Shown in pieces: positions 15,643-24,745 of a DNA stretch of 31,510 bases. Position 1 is the stretch's first letter; each line of letters begins with the position of its first letter. The stretch is taken from IMG/VR virus record IMGVR_UViG_3300031716_000039, positions 1-31,510 of that record; one strand, written 5' to 3'. Under the pieces are notes generated by a model that was given only the letters and a program-made list of their open reading frames with translations, was not told the origin of the DNA and made no database searches. The position numbers and the translations under genes are program-made. Source of the DNA: a virus (lineage: Duplodnaviria; Caudoviricetes).

Positions 15643-16826
15643 CGCGAGAGAACCTCCAGCTCGGCGCCAGCGGGAACGCGCGCGGGGTGTCGAAGGTTGT
15701 TCCGCTCGCGGATCTCGTCGTCGCGCTCGACGTCGTCGTAGAGCTTGTAAGCGAGCGCGATGGTCGTCGTATCGCCGGCGAGCTTGATCTGGACCAGGTC
15801 GGGAAGATCTTCGTCCTCGGGCGGGAGCGCGCCGACCAGCGACGCGCGCAACGCGACAAGTGCGAAGTAGGCCGCGTCATCGGCGGTCTCGGCCTCGGCG
15901 TCGATCGCCTCGAGCGCGACGTCGCGCGCGCTCTCGGCGTCTTGGCGGGTTGCCCATTCGTTCTCGACCGCCGCGCGCGTGTAGCCGGCGAGCGCATACT
16001 GGCGGACGAGGCCGATCGTCGCGGCCGCGTTTCGGTCGCGCGCCTGGCCGTTTGGAGAACCGCCCAGGAGTGCGGGGATCTCGAGTTCGAAAAGCGCGCT
16101 GTAGGCCGTGAGAGCGCCGCTCGCATTGCCGACCGCGCCGAGAATCCCTTCGACCGCGGCGACCGCCTCGCCGATCAGGTCTGCCGGCGAGGTCGCGAGT
16201 TCGGAAGCGTCCTCGACCAGGCGGCGCGCAGCGATCGAAACGGCCGCGACCTCGGCCGATGGCCCGGCCGTGAAGTCGAGCGCGAGGATCGCCTTCCCGG
16301 CCGCGATCAGACTCTCGGCCGCGCCTTCGCGCACCGAATCGGGGACGCCCTCGAGCGCGAGGTTTTGCTCCGCGCTCGCGCGCGCCTGGTCTTCGACGGC
16401 CGTCGCCTTGGTCTTCGCGTCTTCGGTCGGGCGCGCCTTTTTCGCGATCGTGACCTGGTCGTCGACGACTCGGAACGAGAGCTCGAACCGACAGAACCCG
16501 CCCTCTTCGGAACTCTCGCGCAGCGTGACGCCCAGGCAAGCGACGATCCGCGGCGGCCAGGTCGGGAGCGTGAGGCGGAGCGTCGTGCTCGGCCGAAGGC
16601 AAGCGTCGAGCAGCTTTCGGCGCTGGTCGAGATAGTCCGCGCCCAGGACGTAGGCGTCGACCGAAAAGACCTCGCCACCGACGCCGAGGTCCTCGACCCA
16701 AGGCCGCGATTTCGAGCCCGCGAACTTGTGCACGGCGTAGAGCCGGCCGGCCTCGACCTCGGTCGATGCAACCTTGAACGGGACCGGGCCCAGCGAAGCG
16801 TCGAGCAGCTCGTCGCGCCAGCTCAT
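15639..16826 (-). CDS. Mu gpN-like DNA circularization/tail protein
   Basis: MSWRDELLDAS..VPF, PWVEDLG; C-terminal LAYKLYDD..R.DEI..RN..RHP. Confidence 0.93.
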   Translation of the reverse strand: MSWRDELLDASLGPVPFKVASTEVEAGRLYAVHKFAGSKSRPWVEDLGVGGEVFSVDAYVLGADYLDQRRKLLDACLRPSTTLRLTLPTWPPRIVACLGVTLRESSEEGGFCRFELSFRVVDDQVTIAKKARPTEDAKTKATAVEDQARASAEQNLALEGVPDSVREGAAESLIAAGKAILALDFTAGPSAEVAAVSIAARRLVEDASELATSPADLIGEAVAAVEGILGAVGNASGALTAYSALFELEIPALLGGSPNGQARDRNAAATIGLVRQYALAGYTRAAVENEWATRQDAESARDVALEAIDAEAETADDAAYFALVALRASLVGALPPEDEDLPDLVQIKLAGDTTTIALAYKLYDDVERDDEIRERNNLRHPARVPAGAELEVLSR

Positions 16827-17152
16827 CGCGTTCCTCGGACTACGAACTTGTGCGTCCCGGCCGCCATCGCGCCGGCGGTCCAGCCCTCGAGCTTGCCGTA
16901 GACGTGCCAGCCGCAGGGAGCCTTGCCGCCGCTAGGTTGGGAGCAGACGATCGAGGCGTCGATCTTGCCGTCTTCCTCGATCGAGTGCGCAGTCGGATGA
17001 CCGAGGATGCATCCGCAGACGCAGCGCAAGAGAACCTCGCCCTCCGAGTCGAGGAGCCAGCTCGGCCCGAGCCCCTCAAACTTGAACGGCGCCGGCTCGA
17101 ACGGAATCGGGAAGCGGTCGTCGGGCGAGCAAGGCCAGGTGCGCGCTTCCAC
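16823..17152 (-). CDS. Small Cys/His-rich putative zinc-binding protein
   Basis: LLRCVCGC...HSIEEDGKIDASIVC...CGWH; exactly fills the gap between tape measure and N. Confidence 0.65.
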   Translation of the reverse strand: MEARTWPCSPDDRFPIPFEPAPFKFEGLGPSWLLDSEGEVLLRCVCGCILGHPTAHSIEEDGKIDASIVCSQPSGGKAPCGWHVYGKLEGWTAGAMAAGTHKFVVRGTR

Positions 17153-17155
17153 GGC

Positions 17156-18784
17156 CTAGCCTCCCGCCATCGCGTAGCCGACCGACAGATCGACCGGCGT
17201 CTTCGCGCCCTTCTCCGTCTCGACGTTGACGCCGCGCGGGACGTTTTTGAAGTCGACCGCGACCTTCGACTCGGTCTTGATCGGCGCGCCGACGCCGCTC
17301 GCGCCGGCGATCGCGGCCGCTCCGATCTCGGGCCCGGCGCCGATCGCGCGGAAGGTCTTCCCGTGAATGATCCCCTTGATCCAGTCGGGGATCAGCCGGT
17401 CGAGCGCAGGGAAAGCGTTCATGATCATCGTTAGGAACGAGCGGATCGGGAGCGTGAAGAGTTCCCAGGTCGCGCGCAGGAACCCGAAGACCTTGTCCCA
17501 GTGCTTCCAGAGGAGGTAGATCGCGGCGATCAACGCGCCGATGGCGAGCACGATCAGGAGGATCGGGTTCGCGGCCAGCACGGCGTTGAACGCGGCGACG
17601 AGCGGCGTCGCGATCGCGAGCACGCCGGAGATCGCCGAGATCGCCGTCGCGATCTGGCCGGCGATCAGAATGAGCGGGCCAAGGGTCGCGACGACCAGCG
17701 CGATCACGGTCGCGAGCTTCAAGAGTTCGGGGTTCGACTCGGCGACGCTCGAGATCCAGGTCGCGAAAGTGTCGATCAGATCGCCGACCCATTGCAGGAG
17801 ACCGCTCTGGGAGATCGCGAGCTGGAGCTTCTCGATCGAAGCGCCCAGACGCTCGAACGAGTAGCCGGCGCCGCCGACCGCGAGGCCAGCGCGTCGAGCG
17901 GCCTCTCCGCCGGATCGGTCGAGCTCGACGCCCAGGTCGTGAAGGCCGGCCGAGCCCTTGGCGGACGCGGCCTTGAGCGCCGGCCCGGCCTTCGCGCCGA
18001 AGAGCTCAATGAACTTGCCGGCGTCGGCGCCCTTGTCGGCCAGCTCGCCGAGCATCTTCACGAGCGGGTGATCCTTCGCGTTGATCCCGTGCTCGGCGAG
18101 CTTCGCGTAGGCCGTGCGCAGAGCGTTCGCGCCGCGCGCGCCCTCCGAGCCCGTCGCGTTCAAGGCGACGAGCGTCGTCAAGGTGTCGTCGAGCGAGGCG
18201 TTCACGGCCTGGGCCGCGGGCGAGATCGTGTCGAGCGAGGCGACGAGGTTCGTCAGCCCGCCGGACTTCGACGCCGCGACGGTCAGCTTGTCGACGATCT
18301 CGGTCGAGTCCTTCCCCTCGAGATTGAAGGCGTCGAGAGAGTCGGTGAGGATCTCGACCGCCTGGGCGAGCTCGATTCCGTTCGCCGCGGCGAGGTTCTG
18401 GACGCTCGGCAGAAGGCCGATGACGTCGGCGACGCTCTTCCCCTCGCGAACGAGCGCGGCTGCAGCTCCGGCCATCTGGGCCGCGTTGAAGGGCGGCGAC
18501 TCGCCGAGTTTTTGGACGACCGCCTGGAGGTCGGTCAGCTCGCCGCGCGCCATCCCGGACGCGGCCGAGATCTGGTTCATCGCCTTCTCGAACTCGATCC
18601 CGGTATGGATCGCGAGCCCGAGGAACGCCGACGTCGGAGCGGTCAGCCCCAGCGAGAGCGCCTTGCCGATCCGGCCCGCCTTGGCGGCGAAGGCGTCGAG
18701 CTTGCCCGCGACGCGCGAGAGCGGCGCGGAGAACTTGTCGACCGCGCCGAGGAGAACGGAGAGCGGGAGCGTCGCGTTCGGCAT
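17156..18784 (-). CDS. Tail tape measure protein (TP901 core type), 542 aa
   Basis: AVDKFSAPL start, FEKAMNQI, ANPILLIVLAIGALIAAIYLLWKHWD, C-terminal VDFKNVPRG...VGY as in Mu-type tails. Confidence 0.95.
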   Translation of the reverse strand: MPNATLPLSVLLGAVDKFSAPLSRVAGKLDAFAAKAGRIGKALSLGLTAPTSAFLGLAIHTGIEFEKAMNQISAASGMARGELTDLQAVVQKLGESPPFNAAQMAGAAAALVREGKSVADVIGLLPSVQNLAAANGIELAQAVEILTDSLDAFNLEGKDSTEIVDKLTVAASKSGGLTNLVASLDTISPAAQAVNASLDDTLTTLVALNATGSEGARGANALRTAYAKLAEHGINAKDHPLVKMLGELADKGADAGKFIELFGAKAGPALKAASAKGSAGLHDLGVELDRSGGEAARRAGLAVGGAGYSFERLGASIEKLQLAISQSGLLQWVGDLIDTFATWISSVAESNPELLKLATVIALVVATLGPLILIAGQIATAISAISGVLAIATPLVAAFNAVLAANPILLIVLAIGALIAAIYLLWKHWDKVFGFLRATWELFTLPIRSFLTMIMNAFPALDRLIPDWIKGIIHGKTFRAIGAGPEIGAAAIAGASGVGAPIKTESKVAVDFKNVPRGVNVETEKGAKTPVDLSVGYAMAGG

Positions 18785-18788
18785 GGCG

Positions 18789-18956
18789 CTAGACGTTACC
18801 TTCCCGAAGCGCGCCGATCGACTCGGCTCGTTCGATCCACCAGCGCAGCTCGGCGGCGTTCAGGGAGAGCAGTTCTCGCGGAGGCCAGCCGAAGGCGGCC
18901 GCGAGTGCGGCGAGAGCTAGGTCCCAGTCGCTAGGGAACTCCCCAAGGTCTCCCCC
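18789..18956 (-). CDS. Frameshift-extended tail chaperone C-terminal segment (P2 GpE/E'-like)
   Basis: The -1 frame of the chaperone reads LAALAAAFGWPPRELLSLNAAELRWWIERA; no own start codon. Confidence 0.75.
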   Translation of the reverse strand, partial: GGDLGEFPSDWDLALAALAAAFGWPPRELLSLNAAELRWWIERAESIGALREGNV

Positions 18957-19216
18957 ACCATTGTCGCGAGCCGCATCGCGTCGCCGGCGTCGAGCAGCTT
19001 GACCGCGCCCTCGGCCAGGCCGCAGCATTTCGCGCCGACCGCGAGGAGTTCGCCCATCGGCATCGATGCGCCTTCGGACTGTAGCGGGAGCTTGAAGTTC
19101 CAGAGCTGCGCGGCGGTCGGGCGCTTGTAGTGGAGGACCTTGATCTCTTCGCCGGCCCAGACGATCGGAACGCCGAGCTCGATCTCGCGCGCGGGGGACG
19201 AGGGGGGAGTCGCCAC
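18917..19216 (-). CDS. Tail assembly chaperone (Mu gp41-like)
   Basis: IELGVPI...L..KRPT...LDAGD; located between tube and tape measure. Confidence 0.85.
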   Translation of the reverse strand: MATPPSSPAREIELGVPIVWAGEEIKVLHYKRPTAAQLWNFKLPLQSEGASMPMGELLAVGAKCCGLAEGAVKLLDAGDAMRLATMVGETLGSSLATGT

Positions 19217-19219
19217 GAA

Positions 19220-19585
19220 TTAGCCCTCGGTCGCGGAAAGACCTTCGAAGCGGACCGCGATGTTCCCCTCTTCGGTTTGGACGGTGCCCTCGCCCGCGAA
19301 CCAGGCGTTCCGCAGCACGATCGTCTTCCCGTTGGCGACCTGGAGCGTCACGGTCGCGTCGGTCGTCTCGACCAGCGCGCCGACATCGAGGTCGCCGCGG
19401 TCGGTGATCTCGCCCTCGACGAACGGGATCTGGGGAACCTCCTTGTAGCCGTGCGGCCGGTCGGCTCCGACGATCCCGTCGCGCTTCGCCTTGCCGAGGT
19501 TGTAGGAAAAGTTCCCTTTCGCGTCCTGGCGGACGCCGTTGACGTTGAGCGAGAGGATCCCGCCGCGCCGATTCTTGCTTGCCAT
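19220..19585 (-). CDS. Tail tube protein (Mu gpM-like)
   Basis: HGYKEVPQIPFVEGEI, ANGKTIVLRNAW, EEGNIAVRFEG. Confidence 0.95.
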   Translation of the reverse strand: MASKNRRGGILSLNVNGVRQDAKGNFSYNLGKAKRDGIVGADRPHGYKEVPQIPFVEGEITDRGDLDVGALVETTDATVTLQVANGKTIVLRNAWFAGEGTVQTEEGNIAVRFEGLSATEG

Positions 19586-19612
19586 AGTGGAAGGCTCCGG
19601 GGTGCTCGAGGC

Positions 19613-21082
19613 CTAGAGGAGGAACGCCATCCGCGCGCCGACGACGACGAGCTGATTGACCAGATCGGGCCCGAGGAGGATGTTCAACCGGTTGGGGTCT
19701 TGGGTGTCGCGTTCGGCGACGAGATCGGTCTTGAACTGGTCGAGGCCTTCGACCAGGCCGAGTGCGGTCCAGTCCTCGAACGCCGAGATCGCCTCCGCGC
19801 GCGCGAGGCCCGGCGTCATGACCGGTTGCCCGGCGCCGAAGTTGTTCCCGTCGTTCGCGAGCTTGTGCCGCGGATACTTGAGCAGGAAGCGCGAGCGCAG
19901 GTCGTAGCGCAGATAGGAGAGCGTCTTCGTCGTATTGAGGTCGAGGAAGGCGGTGTCGTCCTGGCCGGTCGCGTTCTTCTGATAGGTGGTGATCACGCGG
20001 CCCAGGTGAACGACGCCGGCCGAGTCGACGGTCCAGGTCGTGATCCCGTCGTAAAGGAGCAGGTTCATTTCCGAGAGCGTGAAGCGATCGACCTCGACGC
20101 CGCCGTAGACGCCGCGCAGTTCGAGAGTCTGGAGCGGGCGAGCCGGATCCGCCTGCAGTTCGCGCGCGGCGACCGAGCCAGCGGCCGCGGCCCATTCCCA
20201 GGGAGGCGTCGGCGCGTTGTCCGCGCCGAGGATAACGAGGTGTTTCGAGTTGAGACCTTGGCCGAGGGTCGTCAACGCGGCGTGCGTCCCGCGCGCGCCG
20301 AGGAAGGCCGTCCCGTCGTTCTGGCGCAGCGGGCCCCAGCGGTCCTCGAGTTCGGTGTCGAGCGCCGTCCGGCCGCTCGAATCGTGGAAACCGATCGCGA
20401 AGACGTCGTACTGGACTTCGCCGACGACCGGCCAGATCTCGGCCAGGTCGGGGTCGGTCGCGCCCGCGGTCGGGTTCGAGATCACGACCGTCACGCCGGC
20501 GGGAAGATCTTCGTCGGCGCCGAAGTTGACGCGGACGTCGAGGTAGTTGCCGCTGGTTCCCTTGTGGCGGTAGGTGAATTCGGCGTCGGTCGTGGTCGAT
20601 CCGACGGCCGCGACGACCGGGAGCGTCGTGTCGGCCTGGACCGAGGCGACGACCGCGGCCGCGACCTGGACGGCCGTCTGGCCCGAGGCGATCGCGGTCT
20701 TCACGCGGCGCCCGCCGATCCAGGTGTAAAGCGTGCCGGCCGCGGTGCTCGGACCGGTGAACCGCATGCGCCAGATTGCGGCGGTCCCGGCCTCTTCGTC
20801 GAAGGCCATTGCATAGGTTTCGACGAGCTGGTTCTGGCGGAACCAGGCCTCGGCCATGTGGTGGAGTTGCGAGCCCTTGCCGAACCATGTCGCCGCCTGG
20901 TCGGAGCCGGTGATCCGGCGCACGACCTTCTCGAGCACCGTTCCGGCGCTGGTCCGATGGCCGATGATCAGCGCGCGGTATGCCTTGACGGCCGGGCCCT
21001 GGCGCGCGCGCGAGGGATCGAACTCGACGCCGACGAACGGGACGCGGAGCGTGGTCGGGAGGTTCGCGAATTGGATCGTCAT
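19613..21082 (-). CDS. Contractile tail sheath protein (Mu gpL-like)
   Basis: LRVPFVGVEFD, FGKGSQLHHM, DPARPLQTL, ITTYQKN, KYPRHKLANDG, PDLVNQL. Confidence 0.97.
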   Translation of the reverse strand: MTIQFANLPTTLRVPFVGVEFDPSRARQGPAVKAYRALIIGHRTSAGTVLEKVVRRITGSDQAATWFGKGSQLHHMAEAWFRQNQLVETYAMAFDEEAGTAAIWRMRFTGPSTAAGTLYTWIGGRRVKTAIASGQTAVQVAAAVVASVQADTTLPVVAAVGSTTTDAEFTYRHKGTSGNYLDVRVNFGADEDLPAGVTVVISNPTAGATDPDLAEIWPVVGEVQYDVFAIGFHDSSGRTALDTELEDRWGPLRQNDGTAFLGARGTHAALTTLGQGLNSKHLVILGADNAPTPPWEWAAAAGSVAARELQADPARPLQTLELRGVYGGVEVDRFTLSEMNLLLYDGITTWTVDSAGVVHLGRVITTYQKNATGQDDTAFLDLNTTKTLSYLRYDLRSRFLLKYPRHKLANDGNNFGAGQPVMTPGLARAEAISAFEDWTALGLVEGLDQFKTDLVAERDTQDPNRLNILLGPDLVNQLVVVGARMAFLL

Positions 21083-21084
21083 GG

Positions 21085-21288
21085 CTAGTTCTCGGGCGGT
21101 TTGGCTTGGTCTTCGCGCGCTTGAATCTCGCGCAGCGCGTCGCGATCGTTCACGAGTTCGACGTCGCCCTTCGCGAGGCGGCGGAGCCAGTAGGTCGTCC
21201 GAGGAACTTCGGCGCCTTCCGCGGGGAGCGGGATCGGCGGGTTCGCGGGATCACGGACGAGCAGACCAGAGCGCGGGCGAACTTGCAT
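21085..21288 (-). CDS. DUF2635 / Mu gp38-like protein
   Basis: VRP..GLLVRDP...LPAEGAEVP...YWLRRLAKGDV, immediately before the sheath. Confidence 0.92.
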   Translation of the reverse strand: MQVRPRSGLLVRDPANPPIPLPAEGAEVPRTTYWLRRLAKGDVELVNDRDALREIQAREDQAKPPEN

Positions 21289-21298
21289 GGCCGGGAGC

Positions 21299-21832
21299 CT
21301 ACTGGTCGGGGAAGACGTCGTCGATAGCTTCGCGAGTCCCGTCGACCGGCGCCTGGTCGGTCTCGACGTGCGCCTGGACGAAGAGGCCCATTTCGCCGAG
21401 CTCGCCCTCGGGCGCGTCGGTGTAGTGGATCGCGCGCCAAAGGAAGCGCGCGCCGCCGAGCGGTTTCTTCACGCTCGCGGCGAAGTCGGTTCGGAACGAG
21501 ATCGGGACTAGCTGGAGCTGGTCGATCTGGAGCGTCGGGTCGCTCGAGAGAACGAGAAAAACCTCGCGCGCGAGCGCGTCGACCAGGTCGTCGGCCGGCC
21601 CGTCGACCGTCTCCTCGACGAAGAGCTCGACCGCGACGTCGGTCTCGACCTTGTATTCGCGCGGCGCCTCGACCGAGATCGAGAACTCTTCGCTCGACGT
21701 GTAGACCTGCAGCGCCGGTAGGCCCTGGCGCCAGACCGGGCGCGCGCGGGACTTGCCGACGCGCAGGCCGGCGGACGTGTGGCCCTTGAGCAGTTCGACG
21801 ACCGCGTCGCGGATCTCGGCGCGCGAGGCCAC
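21299..21832 (-). CDS. Tail completion/terminator protein
   Basis: R.EIRDAVV.LL...LPALQVYT..E pattern; position between head closure and sheath. Confidence 0.75.
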   Translation of the reverse strand: MASRAEIRDAVVELLKGHTSAGLRVGKSRARPVWRQGLPALQVYTSSEEFSISVEAPREYKVETDVAVELFVEETVDGPADDLVDALAREVFLVLSSDPTLQIDQLQLVPISFRTDFAASVKKPLGGARFLWRAIHYTDAPEGELGEMGLFVQAHVETDQAPVDGTREAIDDVFPDQ

Positions 21833-22164
21833 TACGAAACCTCCTCGAGGATCAGGAGCGCGCCGCCTTCGCTATCGGGTTCGAACCCGGCGATCCGGTG
21901 CGCCACGCCGTTGATCGAGACCAGCATGTCCTCGACCGGCGGCGTCGGGAGGTCGGCGAGCCGGACGTCGAGCGTCGGCGCGACGGTTTGGACCGAGGCC
22001 TCGTCCTCGTCGAGGATCGTCTCCGAGTGCGCCTCGGTGAAAATACAAAGGCCGGAGACATCCGTCGGGGACGCTCCGGCCGTGTCGTAGATGATCGTGC
22101 GGCTACTGGCGAAGGTTCTCGACGCCGCTCGGACGAGCCCGTCGGAGATCGAGTCCCATGCCAC
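21832..22164 (-). CDS. Head-tail joining (head closure, lambda gpFII-like) protein
   Basis: 110 aa; PTLDVRLADL...D...ING...I....PD..G...LIL. Confidence 0.8.
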   Translation of the reverse strand: MAWDSISDGLVRAASRTFASSRTIIYDTAGASPTDVSGLCIFTEAHSETILDEDEASVQTVAPTLDVRLADLPTPPVEDMLVSINGVAHRIAGFEPDSEGGALLILEEVS

Positions 22165-22173
22165 GAGAGGCCG

Positions 22174-22509
22174 CTAGAAGTGGCCGAGCAGAACCCGGCC
22201 GGTCGTGTCGCCCGAGGCCTGGGCGCGCGCGGCCGAACCGACGCGCGGGTTCGCGGCCGAGTTCGACGTGTGCGTCAGCTTGAGGTTGACGACGTCCCAG
22301 TAGAGCGGCATCCCGACCGTCCAGGCCGTGCCGGTGACCTTGGAGTAGGTGTGCACGCCCTGGGTATGGACCGCGATCGTCGCGCCGGAGGCGCCGTCGG
22401 TGATCGGGAAGACGAGGAGATTCCCGTACATGAACGGGACGCCCGAGACGGCCGTCGCCGCGAGGACGACAGCGAGCGGATCGGACGGGCTGTAGGAGGC
22501 GAGGGACAT
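22174..22509 (-). CDS. DUF2190 capsid cement/decoration protein
   Basis: AVSG...G.L...GV....K....AWTVG..LYWD...VG.A; directly after the capsid gene. Confidence 0.9.
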   Translation of the reverse strand: MSLASYSPSDPLAVVLAATAVSGVPFMYGNLLVFPITDGASGATIAVHTQGVHTYSKVTGTAWTVGMPLYWDVVNLKLTHTSNSAANPRVGSAARAQASGDTTGRVLLGHF

Positions 22510-22557
22510 CGAAGGTTCTCCGGGTTGTGGCTCGGGTGAGGTTGAGGGTTGCGCGGA

Positions 22558-24504
22558 CTAGACGCCGCTCGACTCGCAGATCCAGCGGAAGTCGATCGCC
22601 GCCGCGGCGCGGGCCGCCATCACGCTCGTCTGGACGGACTTCGTCCGGAAGTCGGTGACCGTGTCGATCATCAGGTCTTCGACGCCGGCCAAGTTCGCGA
22701 GTTCGATCGTGTCGATCTGGTCCGGCGTGGCGACGAGCCACCATTTCGTGGCCGGGAGGCGCGTGTCGGAGACCACGCCGCGCAGGATGTCGCGCAACGG
22801 GTTCGCGTTGGCCGAGGCCTCCGGGACGATGTCGGCGAGATACTTCCGGGCCTCGATTTCGAGATCCGGTCCGACGAGCAGGAGCCGGCCCTCGAGGTTG
22901 AGCGCGCGCGAGTTGGGCGCGGGCGCGGTTTGCTTGCGGATCTTGCCGCGCGCGGTCGAGATCGCGGTGACGCCGAGCGCGCCGGTCGTCGTGTTCGCGT
23001 GAGCCGAGTTGATCATCGCGACGCCGTCCTCGTCCATGACCTGGTTGGACGTAATCACGGCGTACACGAGATCGCCCTCGAGTCCGGCGAGCGAAGCGCC
23101 GAACATCAGGCCTTGTTTCGTGACCGCGTCGAGGTCGTCGTTCACGATCGTTTCCCAGGTGACCGCGAGGACGGTCCCGTACTTGAAGAGCTGGTAACCC
23201 TGGGCCGAGTCGGTCAAGGTTCCGTCGACGAGCGGGGCGCCTTCCGCGGTGCGGAGCAGGGACGGCGCGCCGGACATCGCGACGCGCGAGACCGGCTTGA
23301 AGTCGTTGACCGAGACGCGCCGAACGAACGGCTCGAACGAGCGCGGCGCTTCGTTGTAGGCGTCGCGCAGCGTCTTGCCCTGGACGTTGGCGAGCGCCTG
23401 GGCGAAGTCGGAAGTCGACATCACGCGGAGCGCGATCGCCTGGTCGCTCATCAGGGAGGTATCGACGCCCGCGCGCTTGAGGAAGAACTCGGCGATCCGC
23501 GCCGCGCGCATCCCTTCGAACGCGCGCGCGAGCTCGCCGCGCTTGGGGTCTTTCTTCCCGACGCGCGCGAGGATCCCGGCCGCGAACTCGGCGCGGATCT
23601 TGTCGCGATCGGTGTCGCCGACCTCGACGCGCGAGTCGACCTCGACCTTCTCGTCCTTCGCGGCGAGCGCATCGAGGACCGCGGCGCGCGCCTGGTCGAC
23701 CGTCTTGCGACCGGCGACCAGGTCCTCGGCGACCTTGTCGTCGAGCTTCGCCTTCCGGACGATCTTCCGGATCTCGGTCGAGCGGGCGAGTTCGTCGCTC
23801 GTCGCCTTCTCGACCGCCGCGCGGGTCGTCTCGGCGTGACGATCGGCCTCGGTCTTGCGGTCGGCCTCGAGCTTGGCGATTTCTTCGGGAGTCTTCATCG
23901 GTTCGGAGTTCCGGCGGAGGATTTCGCAGGGGTGCTTGGACGTTGACGGGGCGCCGCGCGTCCCGGTTCCGGCGTCGGCCGGGATCGGAACGGGCGAGAT
24001 TTCGAAGGGTTCCCAGCGCCGGACGACCCAGACCGGGACGCCGTCGCGTTGCTCGGCGGTTTGCTCGATCAGGTTGCGGCGGTAGCCGAACGAGAACGAG
24101 GCGAGGACGCCTTCCTTTACGCGCTGGACGACCGGGGCGGCATCGGGCGCGCGCGTGAAGCGCAGGCGCGCGGAGCCCGTGCGGGCGACCTGGTCGATCT
24201 TGACCGAGCCGGCGACGACGACGCCGACGACATCGGTCCCGTTGTAATCGTTGTGCGCGTCGAGGACCGGGGCCCGGCCGGAGTTGAGACGACCCAGGTC
24301 GACGGCGCCCGGCGCCATGTCGAGCCGTTCGTAGTATTTCGTGCCGCTCGACCAGTCGGTCCTCAGAACGTCGGCGCCGGCGGTCCAGACGACCTCGCAG
24401 CTCTGGTCCTCGTCGTTCCAGGACGACGGGGCGACGTCGGCGCGGAGCTGGAGCTCGTCCAGTTCGGCGACGTTGCGCGAGGCGAGGTCAACGGGAAGCG
24501 CCAT
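22558..24504 (-). CDS. Prohead protease-major capsid protein fusion
   Basis: N-terminal HK97-type protease (PVLDAH, SFGY, WEPFEISPVPIPAD), charged linker, then capsid domain (STSDF, DFK, YG....TWETIVNDDL, IDFR). Confidence 0.95.
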   Translation of the reverse strand: MALPVDLASRNVAELDELQLRADVAPSSWNDEDQSCEVVWTAGADVLRTDWSSGTKYYERLDMAPGAVDLGRLNSGRAPVLDAHNDYNGTDVVGVVVAGSVKIDQVARTGSARLRFTRAPDAAPVVQRVKEGVLASFSFGYRRNLIEQTAEQRDGVPVWVVRRWEPFEISPVPIPADAGTGTRGAPSTSKHPCEILRRNSEPMKTPEEIAKLEADRKTEADRHAETTRAAVEKATSDELARSTEIRKIVRKAKLDDKVAEDLVAGRKTVDQARAAVLDALAAKDEKVEVDSRVEVGDTDRDKIRAEFAAGILARVGKKDPKRGELARAFEGMRAARIAEFFLKRAGVDTSLMSDQAIALRVMSTSDFAQALANVQGKTLRDAYNEAPRSFEPFVRRVSVNDFKPVSRVAMSGAPSLLRTAEGAPLVDGTLTDSAQGYQLFKYGTVLAVTWETIVNDDLDAVTKQGLMFGASLAGLEGDLVYAVITSNQVMDEDGVAMINSAHANTTTGALGVTAISTARGKIRKQTAPAPNSRALNLEGRLLLVGPDLEIEARKYLADIVPEASANANPLRDILRGVVSDTRLPATKWWLVATPDQIDTIELANLAGVEDLMIDTVTDFRTKSVQTSVMAARAAAAIDFRWICESSGV

Positions 24505-24513
24505 GTCGGCCCG

Positions 24514-24565
24514 AGTCTGGCGCTCGCGGGGGGCGAGTCAAGAGGCTACGCGAACCGTTTCGCGT
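24514..24565 (-). promoter_or_regulatory. Putative capsid-gene promoter with upstream palindrome
   Basis: TTGACT (24541-24536), 16-nt spacer, CAGACT, 9 nt before the ATG; perfect inverted repeat ACGCGAA-N4-TTCGCGT at 24548..24565. Confidence 0.5.
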
Positions 24566-24741
24566 CGCCGCTCGGCGCGTCGAGCTCGGATCAGGAGGCG
24601 CCGGATCCGTTGGAAGTCGCGCGCGAGGCCAGCTCGAGCGACATACCAGACGACGACGCGCGCCGCCTCCTCTCGCGTGCATCCCGTTCGCGCGGCCAGG
24701 TGCCGCTCGGTCGCGCCCCAGTCGTCGGGATCGATCTCCAC
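24538..24741 (-). CDS. Small basic hypothetical protein between portal and protease
   Basis: Fills the gap exactly; GTG lies 4 nt after the portal stop; helical and Arg-rich. Confidence 0.45.
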   Translation of the reverse strand: MEIDPDDWGATERHLAARTGCTREEAARVVVWYVARAGLARDFQRIRRLLIRARRAERRRETVRVAS

Positions 24742-24745
24742 GGTC

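Noticed and set aside
18789-20888. 699-aa minus-strand ORF
   Set aside because: Off-frame shadow of sheath and tube; only the last ~50 aa (chaperone extension) are credible.
7110-21288. Tailocin or extracellular contractile injection system
   Set aside because: Complete terminase, portal and capsid genes are contiguous with the tail, so this is a phage.
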